Virus record (IMG/VR): IMGVR_UViG_3300020421_000008
Reading direction: 5' to 3' (one strand)
DNA from: an uncultured virus (IMG/VR IMGVR_UViG_3300020421_000008)
Taxonomy: Duplodnaviria; Heunggongvirae; Uroviricota; Caudoviricetes
Length of the DNA: 64,000 nt
In this document: positions 1 through 9,911 of the stretch, piece after piece
Numbering within the stretch: position 1 is the first letter of the stretch
Layout: each line of letters starts with the position of its first letter
The notes under the pieces: generated by a model
Told to the model about the DNA's origin: nothing
The model's input: the letters and a program-made list of their open reading frames with translations, nothing else
Database searches by the model: none
Made by a program: the position numbers and the translations under genes

Positions 1-2
1 AA

Positions 3-1481
3 GAAGCCGAAGAAGCTGAAGAAGCCGAAGAAGCTGAAGAGGTTGAAGAGGCTGAAGAAGATGAAGATGCTGAAGATTCTGAAGATGACTCTGAAGAGAA
101 ATCTGCTGAAGAAGACGCTGTTTCAAGTAAGGCTGCAAGCATTATGGCTAGAATGGCTTCGGAAGAAGATCAAACAGACATGCCTATACTTTGGTTTAAA
201 GAAGCCGATCTTCTTGAGGCAGAAACTGATGGCGCAATTATAACATCATTAGCCTATGATGACCTAGATGAAGACGCAAAAGGCGCATATGAGCCTATTG
301 AGGTATTTGAAGAAGTTTCCGGTAAAGGCTGGGGAACCAGATATCGCCGAATTAGCCCATTAGAGCGCAATAGAGAACGAAAAGAAACAGAAGAAGTAGT
401 TGAAGAAGCTGTAGAAACTGTTAAAGACATGTTTGACACTGCTGAAGAGGCCGCAGAACGAGCAACTGCACTTGGGTGTGAAGGCTCGCATGCACATGAA
501 GGTGGCAAGTTTATGCCATGTGCCTCCATGGAAGAGTATCAAGCAATCGTGTCTGCTGATGCTGAAAAGTCAGAAGAGTTCTTATGCGGACAACAGCGCA
601 AATCAGTTCAACAACCTTGCGACATATGCAGGGGTGGTTGCGCTCCAGAAGATGGACTACCAGGCTTGGGAGACATTGAGGCTTCAGTTAAGTCAGCATA
701 TGAAGGATCTGAAATTATAGGATCTGGTTACTCCAATGTAGACGACATGTTTGTTGTTGACATTAAGCGTGCTGATGGATCTGCAATTGAAGTGTTCCTT
801 TCAGGAGACGGACAAGAACTTGGCTGGCTACGACTTGATGAAGATCTTTTAGATGAGAAATCACTTGAAGGAATTGAAATCGTTTCTAAGTCAGACGCAG
901 AAGAGGTTGCGCAAAAAGCAGTACAAGAACTTGAACTTGAAGGTAAAGTAATGGGCGTCATGGTAGACGTTTTTGCTGATGAAGACGTTTATGTTGTTGA
1001 GGTTGAAACTGATCAAAAGAGTTTTGACTTCTTTGTTTCAATTGATGGAAAGATGCTTGGATACGACGAGTATGAAGTTGAACTTGATACTGAAATAAGC
1101 GAAGAAGACGAGATAAAGGCGCTTGAAGCAGAACTAGAAATTAAGCGCATGTATTCCCGTGAACAACGTGAAGCAATGGCTGAATCTGGGGAAGCACTTC
1201 CTGATGGATCTTTCCCAATCGCAGATCAAGCAGACTTAGAAAACGCTATCGCTGCCTTACCACGTGCTGCTGATGCACAAGCTACCACAGCGCACATTAT
1301 AAAGAGAGCGAAAGAGTTGGGTCTTGAAGAATTACTTCCTGAAGGAATGACGGAAGAAGTTTCAGAGACGGTTGAAGAAGAAGTAGACGAAGCTGGAGCA
1401 GAGAAAGCCGCTCTTGATTCAGAAATTTTGAGTGCTCTTGAAGAGTTCCAGAGTATGAAATTGGAGGAAGGGCTTTCCTAA
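3..1481 (+). CDS. Acidic multidomain head-associated protein, 5'-truncated (EAE repeats, DUF3721-like Cys/His module, PepSY-like repeats, LPDGSFPI module)
   Basis: Frame is open from base 3 (EAEEAEEAE...) into the 144 ATG. Motifs AEEAAERATALGCEGSHAH...MPC and ALPDGSFPIAD...HIIKRAKELG; lies upstream of the capsid gene. Confidence 0.6.
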   Translation, partial: EAEEAEEAEEAEEVEEAEEDEDAEDSEDDSEEKSAEEDAVSSKAASIMARMASEEDQTDMPILWFKEADLLEAETDGAIITSLAYDDLDEDAKGAYEPIEVFEEVSGKGWGTRYRRISPLERNRERKETEEVVEEAVETVKDMFDTAEEAAERATALGCEGSHAHEGGKFMPCASMEEYQAIVSADAEKSEEFLCGQQRKSVQQPCDICRGGCAPEDGLPGLGDIEASVKSAYEGSEIIGSGYSNVDDMFVVDIKRADGSAIEVFLSGDGQELGWLRLDEDLLDEKSLEGIEIVSKSDAEEVAQKAVQELELEGKVMGVMVDVFADEDVYVVEVETDQKSFDFFVSIDGKMLGYDEYEVELDTEISEEDEIKALEAELEIKRMYSREQREAMAESGEALPDGSFPIADQADLENAIAALPRAADAQATTAHIIKRAKELGLEELLPEGMTEEVSETVEEEVDEAGAEKAALDSEILSALEEFQSMKLEEGLS

Positions 1482-1498
1482 TTAGTTTGGAGGCTTAA

Positions 1499-1678
1499 AT
1501 GAAAGCCAACATAATTGGGGAACGGATTAGCCTTGCTAATGAAGCCCTCTTTGAACTTGGTGCAAGTCGATTTCTTGGTACCATATGGGAAAAAGACGAA
1601 GTAGAATATGTAGATAGCGATGGTGTTCTGCACCAGTATATTCCACTAAATGAAGTCGGGGACTCAGATGGAAACTAA
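1499..1678 (+). CDS. Small hypothetical protein (59 aa, MKANIIGERISLANEALFELG...)
   Basis: GGAGG RBS, fills the gap between two genes; not in the ORF track. Confidence 0.65.
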   Translation: MKANIIGERISLANEALFELGASRFLGTIWEKDEVEYVDSDGVLHQYIPLNEVGDSDGN

Positions 1679-4600
1679 TATCGACATAAAGGGACCGCAA
1701 GATATCCTTTTAGACCTTCCCCAAGAGAGACTTACATCTATTACACGTGGACGAGGACCACGGCGAGGTAACCTAGAATCGTTACTTCGTTACTGGCGCC
1801 CCATAATGAAGAAACCTGGCGGGTTTCGTAGATGTTTGGTTATATTAGCTAACCACCCAGAACTCTACCCTTTGGAGCGTATATGTGCGTGGCTTCATCA
1901 CGAAACTACTGGACTGTGGCCTAATGAGGGAAACCATCATAAGCGAGGGCGCAAAAAGAAGAAAAAGCGTAAACGTAGGAAACTTGTTAGAAGAGTAAGG
2001 AAAGCCGGTAGGAGGAAAAAGTCTTTAGACTTCGATAATGACATAGTAGAAATTTCTGCAATGCGCCTAGCGGTTAGAGAGTCTAGGGACATTGGCGGTG
2101 TGCTTGTACAGCCAATTGCGGGTCGTCAAAATGTAGTTAATCTTAAAACTGCAATGTTTGTTGAGTACTCGTCACCGTTACCTGTGCATGGTCATATTGA
2201 AGTTAAAAAGCGTGGTCTTATCGGCAGTGGTGATAGAGTTGGACAAACAGCTCAAGGAGTAGGGTCCTTTTTACTCCCAGGTGACCTTTCTGACTTTAGA
2301 CGACCAATTCGTTCTCAAATATATGAAACACTTACACCAGGTGGTGGGCGAGACAGGATTCCTAGTGCTCGTCGATTACTGCGTGGTGCTGGGCGTGGTG
2401 CTAGAAATAAATTTAGGTGCCCACCTGGTTTCCAAAAAGGTGGAACGTTTACAAATCGTGAATTTAGTACGTGTGGTGCTCAAATATTGGGCTTACCTTC
2501 ATTTGGTCCAGGCTCTCCTTCAGAAGGAGCGCAGAGGGCGCTTGCTAGGTTAGCCAGAAGTGCTGACTTGGTTAGATCAATTGGCGATCTTAGAAAGAAT
2601 AGAAGTGCTTACGATATTATTCGTGCAGCCCAAATTCCGGTTGCACCGAAAAAAGGTAGCGCCACCCGTAGACAAACTTCTGTAGATTTGGTTCTTAATA
2701 GAATTAAAGATGAAGATTTTGGAACTCGGTTTGTTCGAAGAGATGGAGTTATTCTGGAACCTGTTGTGTCTTTACAGGCACTTGGTGGAATGGACGAGTT
2801 CGATGATATGGTTGATGGAAGCCTTGTGGATAGGTACACAAAGGGACAAATAGGAAAAGACTTAATCCCTGCATTTGGGGCTGGGTTAAGAGACGTATAT
2901 GTTGGAATACCTGATACAAATGTAGCGGTTAAGGTTAGCCGTGTTGGTGGAGAGTTAAAGCCTTCAGAAATGGATGCTGTTCAAAGAGTTTACCCAACAT
3001 CTTTAAGAAGAACAGCGAATTTACCTGATCCTTCTGCGTCTATTTACAATTTAGTTGATTCTACCAACGGAAGATTTAAAGTTGAGCTTGGAGAATTAAA
3101 GAACAATAGGTTCAATAAAGTTACAGATGCTAGAGAAGAAAGAATCAGAGTTCAGTCTGGCGATCAAGTCTTAATGGTACCACGTTGGGTATACGAAACC
3201 TTCTTGTCTAGGTCTGCACCTAGACGTGCAAAAGGAGACAAAATATTTGAAATTGTTAATGAGGAAAAATCAGCTAGTCCTTTTCTAATATCAACAAAGG
3301 CTGTAGCAAATAAGGCAATTAGAGGTGATGGTAGATACCATGACAAAATTGAATTACGTGTTGCTGCTTTTGCTGATACTTTAGAGATTAAAAAGAGTGG
3401 ATTAGTCGGAAGTGGTAGTCGTATTGGTCAAGCAGCTGGGACTGGCGCAAGCATTATAACACCAGGAGATCGTTCTCCAATAACAAGCCCTATCAGGTCT
3501 GGTCTTGCAAGGGCCTTAACACCAGGTGGTGGTAGCGGTGGCGTTACTGGTAGAGCACGGGCTATTTTTGATCCAGGTATTAATATGCACAGGTGCCCAC
3601 CAGGTACTCGTAATGCAGGGCAGTTTACTGACCCAATGGGTCGGTCCTGTGGTTTTAGTCTGCCTCGTCGATTAGTCAATGCCATGGTTGATACAGGCAT
3701 TCGAATTGAAGATCGCATGGAGGAGAGACGGCGAGAGCGTGGTGAGCGAGGCACTAGACGCCAGCGTTTAGGCGATGCGTATAGAGAGAAACTTGCTAAT
3801 GCTCAAGATAGACTGAAAGACGTCATGAAAAGTTTGGCTGATGTTTTGAGGGTTACAGAAAATCGTAACCGTGGAGATGTTGGTCCTACTATTGCAGATC
3901 GTCGGAGAAGAGCAGCACTTACCCCCGAACAAAAGGGCTTATTAGACGGTAAAGACTTGCAAGGCGCTTTGCAGAATATGCAAAGAGTTTTGGAAGAGCG
4001 TGACTTTGATGATGCTGATATTTCTGACGTAAGAAAAGCGTTTAAGCAGGTTGAAGAGGCTGCCCAACTTGAGGCTGGAAGATTGACTGATAATCCAGTT
4101 AGAACTCCACAACAACGAAGCATAATGGCGGCAATTCAAGAGATTATTGAAAAAATCATGCGAAGACTTGCACAAATTATACGCCCTGGTGATGGACGGC
4201 GTGATCGTGATGATCGTGATGGCGCAGGCCCTCGTGTACGTGCACAAGAGGCTGGGGAGCGAGGGTTGCGTAGAGCAGCCGATGCTGTTCGACCTGAAGG
4301 TGGACGCCGTAGAAGAGGGCAACCTCGACGAGTACGAGGCGATGATGCTGGTCCTCGTGTGAGAGCACAAGAAGCCGGAGAACGAGGCTTACGTAGAGCT
4401 GCTGATGTAGTACGACCTGGAGACAGGAGAAGAAGGGGTGAGCGAAGAAGAGTTGTAACCCCAGATGGTCAGGATGAACTAGCAAGACGAAATCGTCGCC
4501 TAGGTATAAGAAGGCGTAATGAAGCAGTTGAAATGGCTCCTTTGCGTAATCTAAATCAACGAGATCGAAGAAACGTTAATAGAGAAACTCAGCAACAGTT

Positions 4601-7600
4601 TAATGAGTTGAGTGACTTTTGGGCACGAGAATTGGGTGTTGGTGGCAGAAATGACTTCTCAGAAGCAGATGTGCGCAGACACATTCGGAGGCAACCACGA
4701 GAAAGACGCAGACTCTTGGAAAGGCGATATAGAGACTGGAACGAACTTAATGCCATTATGAATGCTAATGAGCAAAATCCTGAGCATAATGAATTTGAGG
4801 ATAGAATTGGAAGGCTTGCTCCTCATCGCCGTGAAGCATTCTTAAGAAGAGTTGGTGTTAACCAACGTCAAGGCAGAAGAAGGGAACGTCGTAACGAGCG
4901 CCCTCAAACTGGCTTTGATGGTAGAGAAGATAACAACAACGATGCTCCAGATGCTACACCACGTCCATCTGATGATCCTGAGGTAGTTCAGGCTTCTAGA
5001 CGAGCAGATGCGGAAGAAGGCGATCTTATTGCAGCCATACTTGCAGATGGTGCTGGACCACTTGATGGCGACGAACGAAAAGTAGGGGACATAACCCCAG
5101 AACAAATTTTTGCTGTAGAAAGCGATGAAGACCTCGTTAACCTCATCACCGAGCAGATCTTCCTTGAAGACAGGGGAGAGAACTTCCACGGGGATGAACT
5201 AACTGATGAAGCAATTATGGCGTTAGATGCACGATTTGAAATTATGCAACGAAACGTAACGGCTGATAATGTCCGCAATATAGATGCTGCAGCTGAAGCT
5301 GTTTATGAAGAAAGACGAATGAGAGGGCTTCCTGATCGTCGTCGTCTAAATGAAGTCGAACGACAGAACATCTTAGCACGGGCAGATCGTGATGGGGATG
5401 AGAATTGGGAAGAATTTAGCGATGGTGACCTTGTGTCATTCGTTGACGAAGTACACCATGCCATAGATTGGAGAAACAGTCCAGAGGCGGGGGCGTTTAA
5501 TAGAAGAGACGTAAGCGATGTATTTAATGAGAACGAGTGGGCCTTCTTAATAGACGAAGCAGGATGGATGGAGCAAGAGTTAGAACGGCGTGGCATTCGG
5601 GTACCTGAACGATTTGATGGAAACCAGCCAGATGTAATAAGAGATCCTGGTCAGGCAAGTAGAGAGGGCGCCTTAAGAGAAGCAGGAGATCCAGATGGGG
5701 TAGACGTGTTTAAGGCTTCAGACTTCCTTACGTTTGGCGAAGGCGGAACAAGTCCACGATCTCCTGAAGCAGAAGCAAGATGGGCAGAGATGACAGATCC
5801 CGCAGACATAACTCCTGAAGATATAGCCATGCTAGAAAGTCAAGAGGATATTTTTGCCCTTGTGCGGTACTTGACGACCACACCTGATCCAGACGGAAAC
5901 GGACCGCCTATACTTTGGCGAATGGACGATACGACATATGACTTCCTTCAAGGTCGCTTCTTGAGTGAACGAAGAAGAGGTAGACTAGCCAGAGATGCCT
6001 TTAATGGTGATCCAAATGATATAATCCCAAGGTTCTTAAATGATCGAAATAGAAGAAACATGAGAAGTCGTAGGGATATGAATCAGGAGCAAATCAATAA
6101 CAGGATTGTGTTTGCGAGTGACATTGAAGGTCTTTCTCGTGCCGAAATAGATGAGATAACCCCTGCACAAAGGGATGAGGCAATAGCTAAACTTATGGAC
6201 GTGTTAGAGATATCTGATGATATTCCTGGTGGGTGGGAGGCATCACCTGATGACCGACGCAGGATAAATAATGCTATAGATATTCTAGATCAAGCAGCAT
6301 TCCGTCAAAGAAACGCTGGTATAGCGGATTCAAGTTCTGTCCAGATTGAAACCATAGAACCCGATTCTCCAGCCGGTGCTGTACAACAAGCGGTAGCAAA
6401 TACCCCATCTAGCCCTGTGGCGGCTGTACGATCACTTCTTAATTACGATTGGAGACAAAGACGTAAAGAGAAGTTGAAGCAACGACAAGAAGCTGCTATC
6501 CAAAGATCAGTAGAGCTCCATGGAAGCGAACGACCATATGCTGTTGATGTGGATGAACTGAACAGTTGGAAGAAGGCAGACGGCAGTCCAGACGACGATA
6601 GGGTTAGAGAGCACTTTCGAAAGATGTTTCTTCACAAGAAAGAAATGGACGCAGGAACTGTAGTAATAAACGGTAAAACGTACAAAAAGACAATCACTAA
6701 CCACGGTCAAGATATCGATGTATTTAGAGATAGCAGTGGAAACATAGAGGGTGTTATCACCGAAGGGAACTTTAGATTCAGAATATACGATGAAGACGGA
6801 AATCTTGTAGACGATCACATAAACAATGGACATTGGATACACGGTGGCTACCGTAGATCGATTAAACTCAAAGGTGACGGTTACGATGAACCCTTTGTCT
6901 ACCACGCTCACTTTGGCATTAACCAAACTAGGACGATTGACGGACAGTCAGTAAACTTTAAGCAAGGCAACTTTGGAGACACATTCAACAATAACGCATT
7001 AATGTACTATCGTGGACTAGGCCTTGATCGTGTACATGTTGATGCTATTGACGACGGACAGGGGATATGGCCAAGACAGGGCTTCAGGGAAGAGGAATAC
7101 GACATAGAGGCACTGAACGGCGTTAATGGACCAATAGGCACTTTGCTTGACAACTACAGAGAGTATGAGCGCCTCAAGGCAAGCGGTCAGCCAATTAATA
7201 ACCAAAGACTTATACAGGCTAGAATACTTATTGGAGATAGTTCTACCGCAAATAGAGTTGAGCAAATGTTCAATGAAGCACAAAACCTAGATCCTTCAGA
7301 ACAACCTAGTTTGCATGACTATAGCCTTGCCATGGACCCATCAGTTGAAACAGGTCGAAAGAGGAATACACCTCTCTTCAATGTAATGAGAAATCGCGAG
7401 TTAGATGATCAGATGGATAGCGGTGAGCGCCAAAGTCTAAAAGATGAAATGTTGGCAGATGGGGTACCAGAGAGTGAGATAGAGAAAGCTTTCATTAGCG
7501 GCAGAGGCTATCGGGGTTACGCTTATGATGACAACGAAGACGATCTTGACAACAGCCTTGGCTTTTCGGAAGGTGATTGGGATATCAGCGATGTTGAGCT

Positions 7601-8954
7601 CCCTGCGCAAGACGAAATAGATGAGCGTGTTAGAGATGGCAATCCTAAGGATTTCTTAGAGAAGAAAGCAGGGCAAGGGCAACGAGTCCTAGCCCCAGAT
7701 CAGCATGGATTTAAACAGGATTATACTCCAGCGCTTAAACCTGAAGGACATTCAGGTCCTCACATAGTAGAAGTGGGAGCCAATGGGCTAGACACCCAAG
7801 AAGCGTCCAACGACTTCGTTAAAAACGGTGGCTCTCTTGCAGAAGTGCCAGACGATCATTTGATGAACGTAATAAGAAACAACATGGAAAAAACGGATAC
7901 AGCTGGTAACATTACTGAACAAGGAAGATTTAAATACATAACTCAGCGTGGTGGCGTTAATAAAATCTACCTTTATGAAGATAAAGAAACAGGTGCCATT
8001 CTTGGTCTTAAATATGTACACGGAAGAAGCTGGTTTTCAAATGAGGGTCCAAACGAATTAGTAGGAGGCATAATTGCAGAAAGAATGGGATTTGCTGTAG
8101 GAAACCATCGTTTTGCTGGAGAAGTTCCTGACAATATGCGTGGTAGGAGTGGCTTGCCTGGCGGCGGTCAGGGCGACAACGGAAGCCGACCTATACTGTT
8201 TGAGTTGGGAGACATGTTATTTGAGGGCGGTGTAAGAGTAAACAGCGATATGCGTAGGGGAGATCCTGTTAATAACCCAACAAGATTCAATGACGGACCA
8301 AACAGACCAATAGATGCTCTACCCACTAGAGATGATGCTGGTAACTTAGTTAGCAACAGACCCGCAACAGAGGCAGGAGTTCGCCTGTTCCTGTTGGACG
8401 CAATAATAGGCAACCATGACAGACACGACAATAACTATATGTGGAGTGGCGGTGACGGAGAAACAGGCGGTCTTTATCCTATTGACATGGGTGGAGGGTT
8501 CCTTGGAGCGAGAAATGATCATTTCGGTTCATGGTGGGCCCCAGAGCGGTCAGACAAAGAAAACATGGACGCAGCCGTACGTGGGGGGTTACAGGAAGCA
8601 TTTTTAGCGAATAAGCCTGAAGACGAGTCGTATCCGTATTTGCAGTCGGGAACGGGTGTATTACGAGACTTAGCCAATGGAACACCAGAACAACGTGAAG
8701 AAGCTATACTTATTGTTAAAAACATTCAAAAAGTTATTAAAGCTAACAACGATGACTCTATCAATACTGAAATTGAAACTATAGTTGAAAACGTTAGGGA
8801 TGCTCATATTAAGAATGAGGGTAGTGGCGCTACACGGGCAGGAGAAATATCATACGAGTTTGAGTCGGTTTTGGAAACTGTAATGAACAGGTACAACTAT
8901 GTTGCAACAGCCGACCCTGAAGAGTTGTTAAATGTATTGATTCGGGCATCATAG
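1650..8954 (+). CDS. Giant multidomain (polyvalent) head-associated protein with GNAT-like and C-terminal HipA/PI3-4K-like kinase domains; start may be 1668
   Basis: 2434-aa ORF in the head module. RCPPGxxxxGxFT occurs twice; GNAT-like GNFG...YYRGLGLDRVHVDA..G.GIWPRQGF; kinase GGVN..LKY..NELVGGIIA..DAIIGNHDRHDNN..PIDMG. Confidence 0.7.
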   Translation: MKSGTQMETNIDIKGPQDILLDLPQERLTSITRGRGPRRGNLESLLRYWRPIMKKPGGFRRCLVILANHPELYPLERICAWLHHETTGLWPNEGNHHKRGRKKKKKRKRRKLVRRVRKAGRRKKSLDFDNDIVEISAMRLAVRESRDIGGVLVQPIAGRQNVVNLKTAMFVEYSSPLPVHGHIEVKKRGLIGSGDRVGQTAQGVGSFLLPGDLSDFRRPIRSQIYETLTPGGGRDRIPSARRLLRGAGRGARNKFRCPPGFQKGGTFTNREFSTCGAQILGLPSFGPGSPSEGAQRALARLARSADLVRSIGDLRKNRSAYDIIRAAQIPVAPKKGSATRRQTSVDLVLNRIKDEDFGTRFVRRDGVILEPVVSLQALGGMDEFDDMVDGSLVDRYTKGQIGKDLIPAFGAGLRDVYVGIPDTNVAVKVSRVGGELKPSEMDAVQRVYPTSLRRTANLPDPSASIYNLVDSTNGRFKVELGELKNNRFNKVTDAREERIRVQSGDQVLMVPRWVYETFLSRSAPRRAKGDKIFEIVNEEKSASPFLISTKAVANKAIRGDGRYHDKIELRVAAFADTLEIKKSGLVGSGSRIGQAAGTGASIITPGDRSPITSPIRSGLARALTPGGGSGGVTGRARAIFDPGINMHRCPPGTRNAGQFTDPMGRSCGFSLPRRLVNAMVDTGIRIEDRMEERRRERGERGTRRQRLGDAYREKLANAQDRLKDVMKSLADVLRVTENRNRGDVGPTIADRRRRAALTPEQKGLLDGKDLQGALQNMQRVLEERDFDDADISDVRKAFKQVEEAAQLEAGRLTDNPVRTPQQRSIMAAIQEIIEKIMRRLAQIIRPGDGRRDRDDRDGAGPRVRAQEAGERGLRRAADAVRPEGGRRRRGQPRRVRGDDAGPRVRAQEAGERGLRRAADVVRPGDRRRRGERRRVVTPDGQDELARRNRRLGIRRRNEAVEMAPLRNLNQRDRRNVNRETQQQFNELSDFWARELGVGGRNDFSEADVRRHIRRQPRERRRLLERRYRDWNELNAIMNANEQNPEHNEFEDRIGRLAPHRREAFLRRVGVNQRQGRRRERRNERPQTGFDGREDNNNDAPDATPRPSDDPEVVQASRRADAEEGDLIAAILADGAGPLDGDERKVGDITPEQIFAVESDEDLVNLITEQIFLEDRGENFHGDELTDEAIMALDARFEIMQRNVTADNVRNIDAAAEAVYEERRMRGLPDRRRLNEVERQNILARADRDGDENWEEFSDGDLVSFVDEVHHAIDWRNSPEAGAFNRRDVSDVFNENEWAFLIDEAGWMEQELERRGIRVPERFDGNQPDVIRDPGQASREGALREAGDPDGVDVFKASDFLTFGEGGTSPRSPEAEARWAEMTDPADITPEDIAMLESQEDIFALVRYLTTTPDPDGNGPPILWRMDDTTYDFLQGRFLSERRRGRLARDAFNGDPNDIIPRFLNDRNRRNMRSRRDMNQEQINNRIVFASDIEGLSRAEIDEITPAQRDEAIAKLMDVLEISDDIPGGWEASPDDRRRINNAIDILDQAAFRQRNAGIADSSSVQIETIEPDSPAGAVQQAVANTPSSPVAAVRSLLNYDWRQRRKEKLKQRQEAAIQRSVELHGSERPYAVDVDELNSWKKADGSPDDDRVREHFRKMFLHKKEMDAGTVVINGKTYKKTITNHGQDIDVFRDSSGNIEGVITEGNFRFRIYDEDGNLVDDHINNGHWIHGGYRRSIKLKGDGYDEPFVYHAHFGINQTRTIDGQSVNFKQGNFGDTFNNNALMYYRGLGLDRVHVDAIDDGQGIWPRQGFREEEYDIEALNGVNGPIGTLLDNYREYERLKASGQPINNQRLIQARILIGDSSTANRVEQMFNEAQNLDPSEQPSLHDYSLAMDPSVETGRKRNTPLFNVMRNRELDDQMDSGERQSLKDEMLADGVPESEIEKAFISGRGYRGYAYDDNEDDLDNSLGFSEGDWDISDVELPAQDEIDERVRDGNPKDFLEKKAGQGQRVLAPDQHGFKQDYTPALKPEGHSGPHIVEVGANGLDTQEASNDFVKNGGSLAEVPDDHLMNVIRNNMEKTDTAGNITEQGRFKYITQRGGVNKIYLYEDKETGAILGLKYVHGRSWFSNEGPNELVGGIIAERMGFAVGNHRFAGEVPDNMRGRSGLPGGGQGDNGSRPILFELGDMLFEGGVRVNSDMRRGDPVNNPTRFNDGPNRPIDALPTRDDAGNLVSNRPATEAGVRLFLLDAIIGNHDRHDNNYMWSGGDGETGGLYPIDMGGGFLGARNDHFGSWWAPERSDKENMDAAVRGGLQEAFLANKPEDESYPYLQSGTGVLRDLANGTPEQREEAILIVKNIQKVIKANNDDSINTEIETIVENVRDAHIKNEGSGATRAGEISYEFESVLETVMNRYNYVATADPEELLNVLIRAS

Positions 8955-8971
8955 AATGGTAAAATAATAAT

Positions 8972-9259
8972 ATGACAAAATACAACATTTATAATTTCGA
9001 CATAAACGCAACCGACTACCATAAGTTTCAAGGCACACTTACCATAGAAGACGGCAAGTTTGAAGCGGATCTCATTAACCCAACATTCCAAGTTTTGTTT
9101 TTGGACGCCCTCAAAGAAAAGAAACCAAAAACTCTTGAGGAACTATTAACTCCTCCTAATAATCCCTTTAATTTACAGATTATTTATGAAGTTGATAAAG
9201 AAGGTAACGAAATCCGAGGCGATGGGAATATTGATTTCGACGAAGAGGGTGAAGAGTAA
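8972..9259 (+). CDS. Hypothetical protein (leaderless)
   Basis: ORF track; TGG-TAAAT-type -10 (TAAAAT) 6 nt before the ATG. Confidence 0.7.
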   Translation: MTKYNIYNFDINATDYHKFQGTLTIEDGKFEADLINPTFQVLFLDALKEKKPKTLEELLTPPNNPFNLQIIYEVDKEGNEIRGDGNIDFDEEGEE

Positions 9260-9903
9260 TGGCATTCTATATGTTAGGACCAGACAACACAATAGTTGCC
9301 AACATAAACGAGGATTTAAGAACTGCTGAGTTTAAGTCCAAAATGGGCTGGGACGACGACGTAAAACTCTTCGAAGAAGATCTGCGAGTTCTTATTGGGT
9401 ACAACACCCCTCTATATACAGAGATTCGTCTTAAGGGTTACTTTCCAAATATGATAGATATTGACAAAAGCGCTTACGAGTCAGCCATAGAAGACATTGA
9501 AGATTTTAATGCAAAGCAACGACTAATGCTAGCCGAGATAGACAACACTCCATTAGATGAGATTAAAGACTATATTGTGCTATTTCCAACAAACTATCCA
9601 AAGCTTGTCAATTATTCACAATTAGCAAAACTTCGTACAGCAATGAATATTGTTAAATCCCCTAGTGACGATTCCCTAGGTGATACGATTTTATCAGAAG
9701 AAGACGAGATAGCTAACATTAAAGCACTATACGGAATACTTAGATCAATTGAAAAGACCAAAGATAATAGTATGGTTGTTTCACTCTTGGAAGTTATTGG
9801 AGACGCTGTAGAACCCGATAATGAGATATTAACTATGGTTAAACCAAAATCTACTACCGTGAAAAATTTTGAAGAACAACTTCGAAGCATGGATAACAAT
9901 TAA
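9259..9903 (+). CDS. Hypothetical protein
   Basis: TAATG overlap with the previous gene. Confidence 0.7.
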   Translation: MAFYMLGPDNTIVANINEDLRTAEFKSKMGWDDDVKLFEEDLRVLIGYNTPLYTEIRLKGYFPNMIDIDKSAYESAIEDIEDFNAKQRLMLAEIDNTPLDEIKDYIVLFPTNYPKLVNYSQLAKLRTAMNIVKSPSDDSLGDTILSEEDEIANIKALYGILRSIEKTKDNSMVVSLLEVIGDAVEPDNEILTMVKPKSTTVKNFEEQLRSMDNN

Positions 9904-9911
9904 GACATACA

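Noticed and set aside
43..243. 66-aa Lys/Leu-rich ORF and GAA-rich repeat at the window start
   Set aside because: Shadow frame of the Glu/Ala-rich coding repeat in the 3..1481 frame.
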